Assembly (NCBI GenBank): GCA_964486045.1
Contig: CAZALK010000008.1
Span: 139,611 to 203,610, forward strand
Origin: an uncultured archaeon
Lineage (GTDB): Archaea > Asgardarchaeota > Lokiarchaeia > Sigyniarchaeales > SOKP01
Direction: 5' to 3'
Length of the DNA stretch: 64,000 nucleotides
Translations under genes and position numbers: made by a program
Shown here: positions 39,872-49,898 of the stretch, piece by piece
How positions within the stretch are numbered: the first letter of the stretch is position 1
Layout of the letters: each line of letters opens with the position of its first letter
The notes under the pieces: generated by a model
Database searches by the model: none
Told to the model about the DNA's origin: nothing
Seen by the model: only the letters and a program-made list of their open reading frames with translations

Positions 39872-41134
39872 ATGGAAATAACAAAAGAAATACAAGAATT
39901 TCTTCTTAACGATGCATTAGAGCGTTTTTTACGGTATGTAAAAATTTGGACTACTTCTGATGAAACTATAAAAACAGTCCCAACAACTCAAAACCAATTA
40001 GAATTAGGAAGGGTATTGGTGGAGGAATTAAAAGAATTAAATCTTGATGGGGTAATTCATGATGAATTTGGATTTGTCTATGCACGTTTACCTCCAAGTA
40101 AAGGCTTTGAAAAAGCAAAACCTATAGGTTTGTTAGCTCATATGGATACTTCTTATGCTGTTAGTGGTAAAGATGTGAAACCTATTATTCATAAGAACTA
40201 TGATGGCAAAGAGATAAAATTTATTCAGGATAAGGATTTAATCTTAAATTTTGATGACTCTCCTCACTTAGAAGAATTTATAGGTCTTGACATAATCACA
40301 ACTGAAGGGGATACTCTATTAGGAGCTGATGATAAAGCAGGCATCGCTGAAATTATGGCTACTTGTGCCGCGTGGACTAGATATTCAGAGTTAAAACACG
40401 GTCCAATAATCATTTGTTTTACAACAGATGAAGAAACAGGAATAGGAATAGATAAAGTTGATAGAAAAAAGTTACCTGATATATGTTATACGGTAGATGG
40501 AGGTGTAATTGGTGAATTGGAATATGAATGTTTTGATGCATGGCGAGCTGATTTTAGATTTAAAGGTTTAAGTGTGCATCCCGGTTATGCCAAGAATAAA
40601 ATGATAAACTCAATTCAATTAGCAAGTATGTTTTTTAGCGACTTTCCTGAATCTGAGACACCAACACACACCGAAAAGAGAGAGGGATATTTTCATTTAA
40701 CTAAAATGAAAGGAAAAGCCGAAGAAACTACAGCAAGAATGATAATTAGAGATTTTGATGCAAAAGAAACCCAAAGACGGGTGGATTATATAAAAAATTT
40801 GCAAAATACCTTTGAGATTCGCTATCCTGGATTAAAGATTGATATTGAGTTTACTCATCAGTATCAAAATATGGCTAAATTTATTAAGAAAAAACTATTT
40901 ATAGTTGAATTAGCTAAACAGGCTATAGAAACTGCAGGCTTAGAAGTTAAAATTCATCCCATTAGAGGAGGCACAGATGGGGCCAGATTAAGTGCAAAAG
41001 GGATCCTAACTCCAAATCTGTTTTCTGGAGGATCATTACATCATTCAAGGAAGGAACATATTCCTACTTTAGCTCTACAAAAAGCAGCTGAAGTTTTGAT
41101 ACACTTAGCTGAATTATGGACTAACAAAAAATAA
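39872..41134 (+). CDS. pepT: Peptidase T (M20B tripeptidase)
   Basis: ERFLRYVK, AHMDT, LLGADDKAG, TDEE, VHPGYAK, IRGGTDG and HSRKE. Confidence 0.93.
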   Translation: MEITKEIQEFLLNDALERFLRYVKIWTTSDETIKTVPTTQNQLELGRVLVEELKELNLDGVIHDEFGFVYARLPPSKGFEKAKPIGLLAHMDTSYAVSGKDVKPIIHKNYDGKEIKFIQDKDLILNFDDSPHLEEFIGLDIITTEGDTLLGADDKAGIAEIMATCAAWTRYSELKHGPIIICFTTDEETGIGIDKVDRKKLPDICYTVDGGVIGELEYECFDAWRADFRFKGLSVHPGYAKNKMINSIQLASMFFSDFPESETPTHTEKREGYFHLTKMKGKAEETTARMIIRDFDAKETQRRVDYIKNLQNTFEIRYPGLKIDIEFTHQYQNMAKFIKKKLFIVELAKQAIETAGLEVKIHPIRGGTDGARLSAKGILTPNLFSGGSLHHSRKEHIPTLALQKAAEVLIHLAELWTNKK

Positions 41135-41148
41135 AAGATACAACCTAC

Positions 41149-42381
41149 TTAATCTTTTTTTAGAATTTTAGAGAAATCTGTTATCGCAAACACAATGATA
41201 AATATAAATAAGAGAGTTGCGGTGTAAGTAAAAGCCCATGTGAATGAAAGAGCATCATAGATAAAACCAAATAGTAAAGATTCCCCTAAAGATATTAACC
41301 CAACAGATAGGTAATAATACCCATATGCTCTGCCCCTTTTGTTTTTGCCTGCTAAATCAGCAATGTAAGCTCTAGATATAGGATCCACAGATGCCAAATA
41401 GAAACCAAAAAGGGCGTATATAATTATTATAACTATAAGTGAAAACGGTGAAGGAGTAAAGGGAAGTGCTAAAATAACACAAGAAAACAACAAAACAGAT
41501 AACCCAATAATAATTATTGGTTTACGCCCAATTTTATCCGACAAGGAACCTGTAACAGGAGAAAGGAACATGTATATTACATTTGTGAGTAAGTAAAAAA
41601 TAGGTATTAGAAAAATAAAGCCAGCAGAAATAAAATCTAATGACCTAGCTTGAAGGAAAACAATATCTAAACTGGCAAATTCAATTACGCCTAGGATTAT
41701 AATAAGTTTTACAAATTTTTTACTGATTTTGTCCACTTTAGGTTCTCCATAATATTTTAATTTCGTTTCATCTAATTTTGCTGGATCAACATCTTTTATA
41801 AAAAATATTAATACAACTGCACAAATCCCGGGGAAAATTGAAAAAAGTATTATTTGAGAATAAGTCCATTGCCGAAATAAGAAAAGAAATGCTAGAAGTG
41901 AACCGACAACCGCTCCCAATGTATCCATAGCGCGATGCATTCCAAAGGCTTTTCCTTTCTTAACAGCATAATAAGAAATTAGAGTATCTCGCGAAGATGT
42001 TCTAAGTCCCTTACCAAATCGATCAACGGCCTTTAACCCTAAAATAGATTGCCAAGAGGGACTAAATGCGATAAACGGTTTTGAAAGATTTGATACCGTA
42101 TATCCCGCAACCACAAACGGTTTTCTTTTATTTATCTTATCACTCGCCCATCCCGAAACTCCTTTCAAAACGTTAGCAAGAGCGGTTGTTATTCCTGCGA
42201 TTAAACCTAAAACAAAGGTAGGATTATCTTTAACTAGATCTATAATAAATAAGGGTAAAATACTCTGGATCATCTCGCTAGAGACATCAGTAAAAAAAGA
42301 AACTAGTCCCATTATAAAAACGGGTAAAGAAACCCCTAAAATTAGTTTTGTTTGAAGATGGGACTTATTTCCTTCGCTCAT
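41149..42381 (-). CDS. MFS transporter
   Basis: About 12 TM helices with GWASDKINKRKP, DRFGKGLRT and GSLSDKIGRKP. Confidence 0.93.
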   Translation of the reverse strand: MSEGNKSHLQTKLILGVSLPVFIMGLVSFFTDVSSEMIQSILPLFIIDLVKDNPTFVLGLIAGITTALANVLKGVSGWASDKINKRKPFVVAGYTVSNLSKPFIAFSPSWQSILGLKAVDRFGKGLRTSSRDTLISYYAVKKGKAFGMHRAMDTLGAVVGSLLAFLFLFRQWTYSQIILFSIFPGICAVVLIFFIKDVDPAKLDETKLKYYGEPKVDKISKKFVKLIIILGVIEFASLDIVFLQARSLDFISAGFIFLIPIFYLLTNVIYMFLSPVTGSLSDKIGRKPIIIIGLSVLLFSCVILALPFTPSPFSLIVIIIIYALFGFYLASVDPISRAYIADLAGKNKRGRAYGYYYLSVGLISLGESLLFGFIYDALSFTWAFTYTATLLFIFIIVFAITDFSKILKKD

Positions 42382-42441
42382 GATTTCAGAAATTTTTTAA
42401 TAAGGAATAAATATAATAAAAATAATTGAATAAAATAAATT

Positions 42442-43137
42442 GTGATTCCAATGAATGAAGAAGATAAAACTCTAAATGTGATTGATGAGACTATTCAAGC
42501 TGCTGAGACAAGTTTTAAGGAATTCATCGAAGTATTAGAAACATCAAGAACAGCATTGTTACACCTTGAAAGCGATAAAGTTGAACTGAGCAAAGAAAAA
42601 GAGACGCTTGAAAAAGAAAAGGTTCAATTAGAAGAAGAAAAAATCAAATTAGAAGGAGAGGCCCAAAAATTAGAAATCGATAAAAAAAAACTAGAAGAAG
42701 CAACTGAAAAGCTTGAATTGGAGAAACAGGAAAGAGACCAAAAAATCGGTTCATTGACAGAAGAACAAGTGAAATTATTAGATGAGTACCAAAAAGTTAA
42801 AGTTGAATTGCAGAAATTTATGGAGGCAACTGCCGAAGCAGAATCGGCAGAATTTAACTTCGAAAGAGTTCGAGCTTTGCTTTCAATTTATACTGTATTA
42901 GTTTCTGATATTTGGGCGGGACAACCTCATTATAGAATACTACTGACTCTTCATGGAGATAAAGAAGAAATGACCAGAGACGAAATAAAAAACACTACTG
43001 GAATTGGAGGTGCTTTTGTATTACGATCTGTTCAAGAATTAGCAAAAGTTGGTCTAGTTGAGTACGATATGGATACTCAGACTGCAAAGTTAAAAAAACG
43101 CCTATTTCCAAAACGAGCATTAGAGGAAAAGAAATAA
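42442..43137 (+). CDS. Coiled-coil protein with C-terminal winged helix
   Basis: LExEKxx heptads, then MTRDEIKNTTG...SVQELAKVGLVEYD wHTH. Confidence 0.75.
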   Translation: MIPMNEEDKTLNVIDETIQAAETSFKEFIEVLETSRTALLHLESDKVELSKEKETLEKEKVQLEEEKIKLEGEAQKLEIDKKKLEEATEKLELEKQERDQKIGSLTEEQVKLLDEYQKVKVELQKFMEATAEAESAEFNFERVRALLSIYTVLVSDIWAGQPHYRILLTLHGDKEEMTRDEIKNTTGIGGAFVLRSVQELAKVGLVEYDMDTQTAKLKKRLFPKRALEEKK

Positions 43138-43147
43138 GATTTCTTTT

Positions 43148-44134
43148 TTATCTTTGTTTGGGCTTTAAAGCTTCAGGATTTTTAGCTTCAAATCCAGCAT
43201 TTACTCCTAAATCATCAACAATTATGTTCTTATTCTTCCTATCAAACAATTTCAACTTAATTTTTGAGTTAATACTTTCAGCTATACGCCCCGACATTAT
43301 CCCTCCTTGTGGAGCCTTTAGAGATATAGATTCAATACCTTTTTTAGAAACTTCAAAATAAAGGATATGTTTCTTATCTTCTACTAAAATTTTAATATTA
43401 TTTGGATTGACATCTAACGATTTTACCTTTGCGCCGGTATAGGTAGCAAATATAAAGAATTTTCCTTCAAACCAAATTGCACTTAAGAACCCATTAATTT
43501 GCTTTCCGAGTAAAGGTATTTTAGCAATTGAAAACATAAAGGATAGATTTTGATTTGAAAAGTGATTTGATTGTATCCAAATCCATGCTACAGGAAAAGA
43601 TTTACCCCAATCTTTTTCTACATACCCCCTCCCATTGTTAAAATTCACGGTTTCTCCATTAATTGATATTTTACCTTGTATCTTATGATTCATACTCACT
43701 ACAGCATGGTAGGTTTCCAAAAAGGGTATATACGAGAGCCATCCCATTGCTCCAGGTTGCAAGAATTTTTTGGGCCAAGGGATTGAATCAATATACTTAA
43801 GATCTCCAGTAATTTTATATCCTTGTTTATCAATATCAAGGTGAACTCGCTCTATTGAGAAATAATTTTTTTCTATAGAAATCTTGAATTTTTTATTTGA
43901 TAGATTTTTAAACTCATCTATAGGAAACTTAAAATATACAGTCGTTGCATTAACCGCGTCAAAATATTGAATAGCACAGTGTGAAGTTTGTTCTTTCTTG
44001 TTCAATGCTACTGTTGGAATTATGGCGTATATATGTTCTGCTGATGCATCGATTATTTTGTTATACCACCCTTCAAAATAGATTTTTTTCTTCATGTTTC
44101 CTTGAAATGCTTCAGGGTTGCTTTTCTTCACCAT
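43148..44134 (-). CDS. Tocopherol cyclase family protein
   Basis: YFEGWY, GAMG, HAVVSMNH and GRGYVEKDWGKSFP..WIWIQSN. Confidence 0.88.
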   Translation of the reverse strand: MVKKSNPEAFQGNMKKKIYFEGWYNKIIDASAEHIYAIIPTVALNKKEQTSHCAIQYFDAVNATTVYFKFPIDEFKNLSNKKFKISIEKNYFSIERVHLDIDKQGYKITGDLKYIDSIPWPKKFLQPGAMGWLSYIPFLETYHAVVSMNHKIQGKISINGETVNFNNGRGYVEKDWGKSFPVAWIWIQSNHFSNQNLSFMFSIAKIPLLGKQINGFLSAIWFEGKFFIFATYTGAKVKSLDVNPNNIKILVEDKKHILYFEVSKKGIESISLKAPQGGIMSGRIAESINSKIKLKLFDRKNKNIIVDDLGVNAGFEAKNPEALKPKQR

Positions 44135-44288
44135 ATTATTCCTCTTTTGATTATTATAACTTTCTTAATAATTAGGTAAAACACAATTGGGGACAATTCA
44201 TAAGGATAAATCTCAAAATTCTAAGATAAATTTTGATCCAATAGGTTCTGTGATATCAACATTCTAAAATGATTTAAAATTTATCATT

Positions 44289-44759
44289 ATGAATTTAATT
44301 GAAATTATTTTTACATGGTCTAAACCTTCACCACACATGAAATTAAGATCGAGACTGCTAGTCATTATACTTGTCATTTCTGGGTTTGGGTTTGTTTTTT
44401 ATGCAGGATTTCTTGTTTTTCCCTACCTTAATCTTGGAAATGAGGGACCAAACATTAATTATTTAGCTCCCTATATTAACAATACTCATTCTTGCTCTAA
44501 ACACAGTTTAGGCTGTACTGCAGAATTACCAAATCAAATAATCAACTATACAGTTTGGAGTACAGATGGGATTATAAATAAAACGAGTTATGCTACAACT
44601 GGTGATAATGGATTTTTTAAATTAGATCTGGAAGTAGATAAAAGTTATGTGATTCTTATGCAAGCAATTGTTAATAATATCTTCTATAAGGGTATAGCAA
44701 GTTTTAGTACAGTAGTTGGAAGTGCTAATTGTATTACTACTGGTCAATTAATGTCATAA
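44289..44759 (+). CDS. Membrane-anchored CueP-like metal-binding protein
   Basis: TM helix, then APYINNTHSC..HS..C..EL, NGFF.L.L and CITT. Confidence 0.7.
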   Translation: MNLIEIIFTWSKPSPHMKLRSRLLVIILVISGFGFVFYAGFLVFPYLNLGNEGPNINYLAPYINNTHSCSKHSLGCTAELPNQIINYTVWSTDGIINKTSYATTGDNGFFKLDLEVDKSYVILMQAIVNNIFYKGIASFSTVVGSANCITTGQLMS

Positions 44760-44885
44760 TTTATTAAGTTTAGTGGCAGGAATTTAATTTACTCCCATAT
44801 AACATATTAATAGCATTAAATTCATTCCTTACCTTTCATTAATTTCCAAAAGTAGTTCTTTGAGATTATTTAAAAAAATTGTTTT

Positions 44886-45647
44886 TTATTGTCGTTTGAG
44901 GAATTTCAAGACCTTTTTTTTAAATCTTTGATCAGCTACAACGTTAAGGTGATTTTTATTAGGTATTCTAATCAATTGAGAACCAGGTATTGCATCAGCG
45001 AGTTTTTTATCACTTTTGACGTAAGGGTAGTCATCTTCACCGTTTATTATGATGACTGGAATGTCGACATTAGCTAGACCATCACCTCCGAGTTGGACAG
45101 GATATCCTTCAGGCCACATTTGTAGGGCTGATAATGCAAGAGCCTCACGATCGTTATTTGGGTTTGAATCAACATAATCCCGATAAATACGACCTAAACG
45201 ATTAGTGATTTGAGAGGGATCTTCTGCCCTTAAGGCATCAGCGATAAAGTGTACATCCTTACTTTCTTCAGTTTCATCGCCTATACCACCTAAAATCACT
45301 GAAGTAATTCTTTCTCTATTATGACCTAGCAGATGAACCGCCATAAAAGCTCCCATGGAATAGCCAAAAAGATCAACCTTAGGTAAGTTGAGATGATCCA
45401 TCAGGTGTAGAACATCCTGAGCCATGATACTATAGCTATAAACCTTTTGATTGTGAGGTTTATCGCTTTGTCCATGACCTCTACAATCCATAGCAATAAC
45501 CATCCGTATCGATTGAATTTTCTTCACCCAGCCTGATTCTATCCAATTTTTTTTTAGATCAGAGCCCCAACCGTGTACTAGAATAATGGGTTTCCCTTGG
45601 CCAAATGTCTCGTAATAGATTTGTAAACCGTCTGAAGGAGCATATGC
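44886..45647 (-). CDS. Alpha/beta hydrolase, canonical start codon missing
   Basis: DCRGHGQS, GYSMG nucleophile, GEDD and NH. The in-frame N-terminus SDGLQIYYETFGQGKPIILVHGWG lies upstream of the track's start (45527). The 5' end given here is approximate. Confidence 0.8.
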   Translation of the reverse strand, partial: AYAPSDGLQIYYETFGQGKPIILVHGWGSDLKKNWIESGWVKKIQSIRMVIAMDCRGHGQSDKPHNQKVYSYSIMAQDVLHLMDHLNLPKVDLFGYSMGAFMAVHLLGHNRERITSVILGGIGDETEESKDVHFIADALRAEDPSQITNRLGRIYRDYVDSNPNNDREALALSALQMWPEGYPVQLGGDGLANVDIPVIIINGEDDYPYVKSDKKLADAIPGSQLIRIPNKNHLNVVADQRFKKKVLKFLKRQ

Positions 45648-45815
45648 TTTTACGATACTTTTACACTTCTTGCCTATTTTATTGTTACAAACTTGAGATT
45701 AGGAAATTTCTAATTGCATAAAATTGTATCTAATTAAAATTCCTATTCTTAATTTTAAAAGAGATTGGATCAGAATAAACTTATCTACTTAAAATCATAA
45801 ATTTTAATCGGAATT

Positions 45816-46709
45816 TTATTCCATTTCTAAAAGGTGTTCCCAAAATTCTTTTATATTCAATTCTTTATCGCTTTTTATTGTGGATGCGATTTTAACAAGA
45901 ACATCTTTTATTGCTTTGGATTGTAAATAATGAGAATTAGGTGTGATTGCACAAAGCATAAAGGATTCAATCCCACTCTCATTAATATTATCTCCTAAGT
46001 TATCGACTAAGGCATAGGCATCGACTAAATCCCTTACGACTCTGATAGTGAACTGGTTTGTTTTTGATAATTCTTCGAATTTATAAATTTTTATTAATGT
46101 AGAATATAATTGAATTGTGAGATCTTTTAGATTTAGGGAAGGAATTTCGTTTTTAGGAAAGAAATCCTTTATTTCTGGCCCATTCTTCTCTTTATCCCAA
46201 ACTAAATAAAATATGTAAAAGAAATCCGCTCTACGATGCTTTTTTAAAGAAGGTTCTTCAAATTTCAATATATCCTTTAATTCTTCTTCAATAACTTTTG
46301 ATGTTTTTCTAATTTCTCTATCTTTTTTAATTGTTTCTTCAATTCTTCTCAATAACTCTTTGGGCTTAAACGGCTTGGTAATATAATCATCAGCTCCCAA
46401 AAGCTTACCAAATCTCACGTCATCAGGTTCTGCTTTTCCGGATAAGAAAAAGAACGGGATTCTTGACCACTCTGAATTTTCAGAGACTTTCATGTACAAA
46501 TCATATCCATCCATTTCTGGCATAAGTATATCACTTAGGATGAGATCTGGCTGTTGCTCAAGATTCGAAAGAGTTTCTAATCCTTCTTTTCCATTAGATG
46601 CAGAGAAGAATTTAAATTCATTCATTTCCAAAAAGATTTTTAAGTTCTGGACTAGTGCTTTATCATCTTCGATTAAAAAAACAATGGGTTCCATATGCAG
46701 AAAGCTCAT
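45816..46709 (-). CDS. Response regulator (REC) with atypical, possibly longin/uDENN-like output domain
   Basis: IEDD, SDILMPEMDG, LSG and DYITKPF receiver motifs. C-domain begins IFYLVWDKEKNGPEIKDFFP. Confidence 0.85.
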   Translation of the reverse strand: MSFLHMEPIVFLIEDDKALVQNLKIFLEMNEFKFFSASNGKEGLETLSNLEQQPDLILSDILMPEMDGYDLYMKVSENSEWSRIPFFFLSGKAEPDDVRFGKLLGADDYITKPFKPKELLRRIEETIKKDREIRKTSKVIEEELKDILKFEEPSLKKHRRADFFYIFYLVWDKEKNGPEIKDFFPKNEIPSLNLKDLTIQLYSTLIKIYKFEELSKTNQFTIRVVRDLVDAYALVDNLGDNINESGIESFMLCAITPNSHYLQSKAIKDVLVKIASTIKSDKELNIKEFWEHLLEME

Positions 46710-46879
46710 TTATTTAAAATTATGATATTAAGACTCATTTATAATAAAAGAATGAATATTTAATATTTGTGAAAATGAAGATTTTAAAAAATCTTTTTTT
46801 TCTTATAATTCCATTAATTAAGATGGTTTCATTAGAAAAATTAAAATACAAGACATAAATTACTATTAGAATATCTTAG

Positions 46880-47338
46880 GTGTTAATATTGTATAAAAAA
46901 ATACTGCTTGCAACTGATGGTTCTCTTCATGCAAATAATGCTGTTAAAAAAGCAGTTGGATTTCAAAAGATATGGGGTAGTAAAGTTACGGTAGTTCACT
47001 CAATTAAGGATAATAGATTACCATCAGATATTTATCCAAACATAGAGGCTTTATACTCGAAATATAGTACCCTTGAAGAGGTATACCAAGAAGCAGGAAA
47101 AATACTACTTGATAGGACTAAGAACATGTTTGGTCCAAACCAAAATTCAGTAGAAACTCGTTTGATTGAGAGTGAATCCCCTGAGGATTATATTAGACGG
47201 GTTGTAGAAGAAGAAAATTTCGACCTTGTTATTTTGGGAAGTAGAGGGCAGCACTCTAAAGTAAAAAAAGTCTTATTAGGGACAGTTTCCTCTAAAGTTT
47301 CCAAAAATACCCCATGCGATGTTTTAATAGTTAAGTAA
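46880..47338 (+). CDS. Universal stress protein (UspA family)
   Basis: KKILLATDGS, DLVILGSRG, LLGTVSSKV and PCDVLIVK. Confidence 0.94.
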   Translation: MLILYKKILLATDGSLHANNAVKKAVGFQKIWGSKVTVVHSIKDNRLPSDIYPNIEALYSKYSTLEEVYQEAGKILLDRTKNMFGPNQNSVETRLIESESPEDYIRRVVEEENFDLVILGSRGQHSKVKKVLLGTVSSKVSKNTPCDVLIVK

Positions 47339-47455
47339 TTACGAGTTTTTCTGAAGAATTTTTAAGTATATAGAAAGAGACATTATTATTCTTTCCAATA
47401 TTTTAATTGAAAGTAAGGAATTAAATTGAAGAAGAAAAAAGAAGGATAGATTTAG

Positions 47456-48259
47456 ATGTTAAACCGAAGAAAATATGTTGATTTGAGCTTGGAAATCAAG
47501 GAGGGTTTAGGTGATTTACCACCTGAATTTAAATATCTTGAAAAAAACTTATCTGCTAAAGTAAAACATTCAAATCATAAAGATAGCATACCCATAATGC
47601 TTAGTTCATTTCCAGGTATTACAGCTGAAGATCTTCCAGAGGGATTAGCTTGGGCTGATGACTTTTTATCATTAGGAGTCCATATGGGTACCCATATGGA
47701 TGCTCCGTGGCATTATCATCCCACTAGCGAAGGGAAAAGATCGAAAACTATTGATGAAATCCCAATTGAATATTGTTTTAGTGATGGGGTCGTGCTGGAT
47801 ATGACCCATAAAGAAGTAGGTGATTTAATAAGCCCAGAAGACATACAGAAAGCTCTTCAAAAAATAAATTATTCCCTGAAACCATTGGATATTGTCTTAA
47901 TTAGAACGGACGCCGACAAATTTTGGGACTCAATAAAATACTGGACAGATTATAGCGGAGTGGGAAGAGAAGGAACGATTTGGTTAGTCGATCAAGGAGT
48001 AAAAGTTGTTGGTACTGACGCGGCGGGTTGGGATCGTCCTTTTCATTTTCAAGCTAGAGAATTTCGTGAGACAGGAAATAAAAATTTAATTTGGGAAGGA
48101 CATTATGCAGGTATTGAGAGAGAATACTTTCAGATGGAAAAATTAACCAACCTAGATAAACTACCCCCCTATGGTTTCAAGGTTAGTTGTTTTCCTATTA
48201 AGATTTTAGAAGCAAGTGCTGCATGGGTAAGACCTGTTGCAATACTCGGAAATAAGTAA
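47456..48259 (+). CDS. Cyclase family metal-dependent hydrolase (kynurenine formamidase-like)
   Basis: HMGTHMDAPWH, VGTD and MEKLTNLDKLP. Confidence 0.92.
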   Translation: MLNRRKYVDLSLEIKEGLGDLPPEFKYLEKNLSAKVKHSNHKDSIPIMLSSFPGITAEDLPEGLAWADDFLSLGVHMGTHMDAPWHYHPTSEGKRSKTIDEIPIEYCFSDGVVLDMTHKEVGDLISPEDIQKALQKINYSLKPLDIVLIRTDADKFWDSIKYWTDYSGVGREGTIWLVDQGVKVVGTDAAGWDRPFHFQAREFRETGNKNLIWEGHYAGIEREYFQMEKLTNLDKLPPYGFKVSCFPIKILEASAAWVRPVAILGNK

Positions 48260-48404
48260 TTTACACTTTTTGTTTTACTTTCCAAGTATTACTTAAGGGT
48301 AATGAAGGTGAAAATAAAGAGAACATAAAGATATTTCTTAATGTTTAAAATCTAGACATTATTAGCATAAATGTTAAATTGGTTGTATCTAAGGTATTTC
48401 GTGT

Positions 48405-49385
48405 ATGGATAATATTGACTTTGGAATAAGCATGATGTTATTAGTGAATTCTCGAATTCCTTACCGAGAACTCGCTGAAATTTTTAATATGAGTGTAAAT
48501 TCCATCCATAAGCGTATAAAATCAATGGTAGAACTAGGTATTATTCAGAAGTTTAACACAAAACTTAGTCTGCTTAATTTCCCTAATACTGTTAATATAC
48601 TGTTGTTTGGGAGGACACTTAAAGAAAATAAAGCGAATTTGCTCCAAAACCTCGGAAACCATGAAAGCATTTTTAATGTAACTCAAGCTAGTGGTGATCT
48701 TTTTTATATTCATGGTAATTTAAAAAAATTTAATGATTTAGATCCTCTGCTTTCATTCATAAAGCAAAAAGGTGAATTTCGTGATCTTGAAATAGGTTTA
48801 GTTAGTGTTGCACCTATGCCTAATACGCCCAAAACATCGGAAACATTTCTTGAATTAAGAACGGACTATTTAGAAGAGCTAAGTGATATTAAACTTTCCA
48901 ACTTGGATTTATTGATTATTAATGCATTGAAAGACAACTCACGAAAGTCTGTTACTGATATTTCAGATGAAATTGGGGCATCAACAAAAACGGTAGGACG
49001 ACATTTAAGCAGATTAGAAGACAAAAAATTGATTGATAATTCGATTGACTGGTATCCAGACAAGTCAGCTGTTGTCATGACTATTATTATTCTAAAACTT
49101 AATCCTAATACCGAAGTCGATAAATCTAAGTTTATAATAGAATTACGTAAGAAACATGGACAAGTTATTCTGTTTACTTGGGATTTTGTTAATCTCCCAA
49201 ATTTAATTCTCGTCTGTGTTTGGACCCACACTATGAAAGAACTCCAAGAAATAGAATCCTCACTATTGTCTCAGGATTTCGCTTCGGTTAAAGTAACAAT
49301 ATTAGTTAATGGGAAAATGTTTCCGACTTGGAGAGATACTTACTTAGAAGATAAAGTAAGAGATATTAGAAGTCAGTCAAAATAA
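48405..49385 (+). CDS. Tandem-duplicated Lrp/AsnC family transcriptional regulator
   Basis: Two AsnC HTH units (NSRIPYRELAE...KRIKSMVELGII and NSRKSVTDISDEIG...RLEDKKLI). Confidence 0.88.
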   Translation: MDNIDFGISMMLLVNSRIPYRELAEIFNMSVNSIHKRIKSMVELGIIQKFNTKLSLLNFPNTVNILLFGRTLKENKANLLQNLGNHESIFNVTQASGDLFYIHGNLKKFNDLDPLLSFIKQKGEFRDLEIGLVSVAPMPNTPKTSETFLELRTDYLEELSDIKLSNLDLLIINALKDNSRKSVTDISDEIGASTKTVGRHLSRLEDKKLIDNSIDWYPDKSAVVMTIIILKLNPNTEVDKSKFIIELRKKHGQVILFTWDFVNLPNLILVCVWTHTMKELQEIESSLLSQDFASVKVTILVNGKMFPTWRDTYLEDKVRDIRSQSK

Positions 49386-49567
49386 CTTATTTTAATTAAA
49401 AGTTATGGAATTGAAATTTGATAGGGATTTTTTCAAACCTCTAAAGTTGAAAAATGGGAACCTTATATCTAAAATTTATTTAAATATAATTGCTTAAAAT
49501 TTTAAAATAATTCCTTATTATGATTATAAGAAGCAGTTTTGATAAAAAAATGATCTTATAATGGTGT

Positions 49568-49595
49568 AATTTCTCACCCATTAAGGTGATAAATT
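49568..49595. promoter_or_regulatory. Imperfect inverted repeat, candidate operator of the ABC exporter operon
   Basis: AATTTCTCACC-cattaa-GGTGATAAATT, 11-bp arms with one mismatch. Confidence 0.5.
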
Positions 49596-49707
49596 GCCCA
49601 TTTTCTAGACCTTATTTCCCTATTTCACACCCAGACGTAACCCATCAATATTATAAACGATTTAGAATAATTCTTATTTAGAGATTAATTCTCGGTGATT
49701 TAAAAAA

Positions 49708-49893
49708 ATGAAAAATGAAAAAATACCAGAAAATATTGTATCTATAGTTTTGTATGCTGTTGCTTTAGCAATGGGGATTGTAAGTATAGTTCTTAATGTT
49801 CTAGGACAATCTGTAGATATAATAATGCTTGCAATTGGAGTAACGGCATTAGCTATTGCCGGTTTAAATACAATTGATAAGAAACCTAATTAA
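49708..49893 (+). CDS. Small two-TM membrane protein
   Basis: 61 aa, two hydrophobic helices, upstream GGTGA, first gene of the ABC operon. Confidence 0.75.
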   Translation: MKNEKIPENIVSIVLYAVALAMGIVSIVLNVLGQSVDIIMLAIGVTALAIAGLNTIDKKPN

Positions 49894-49898
49894 TAAAA

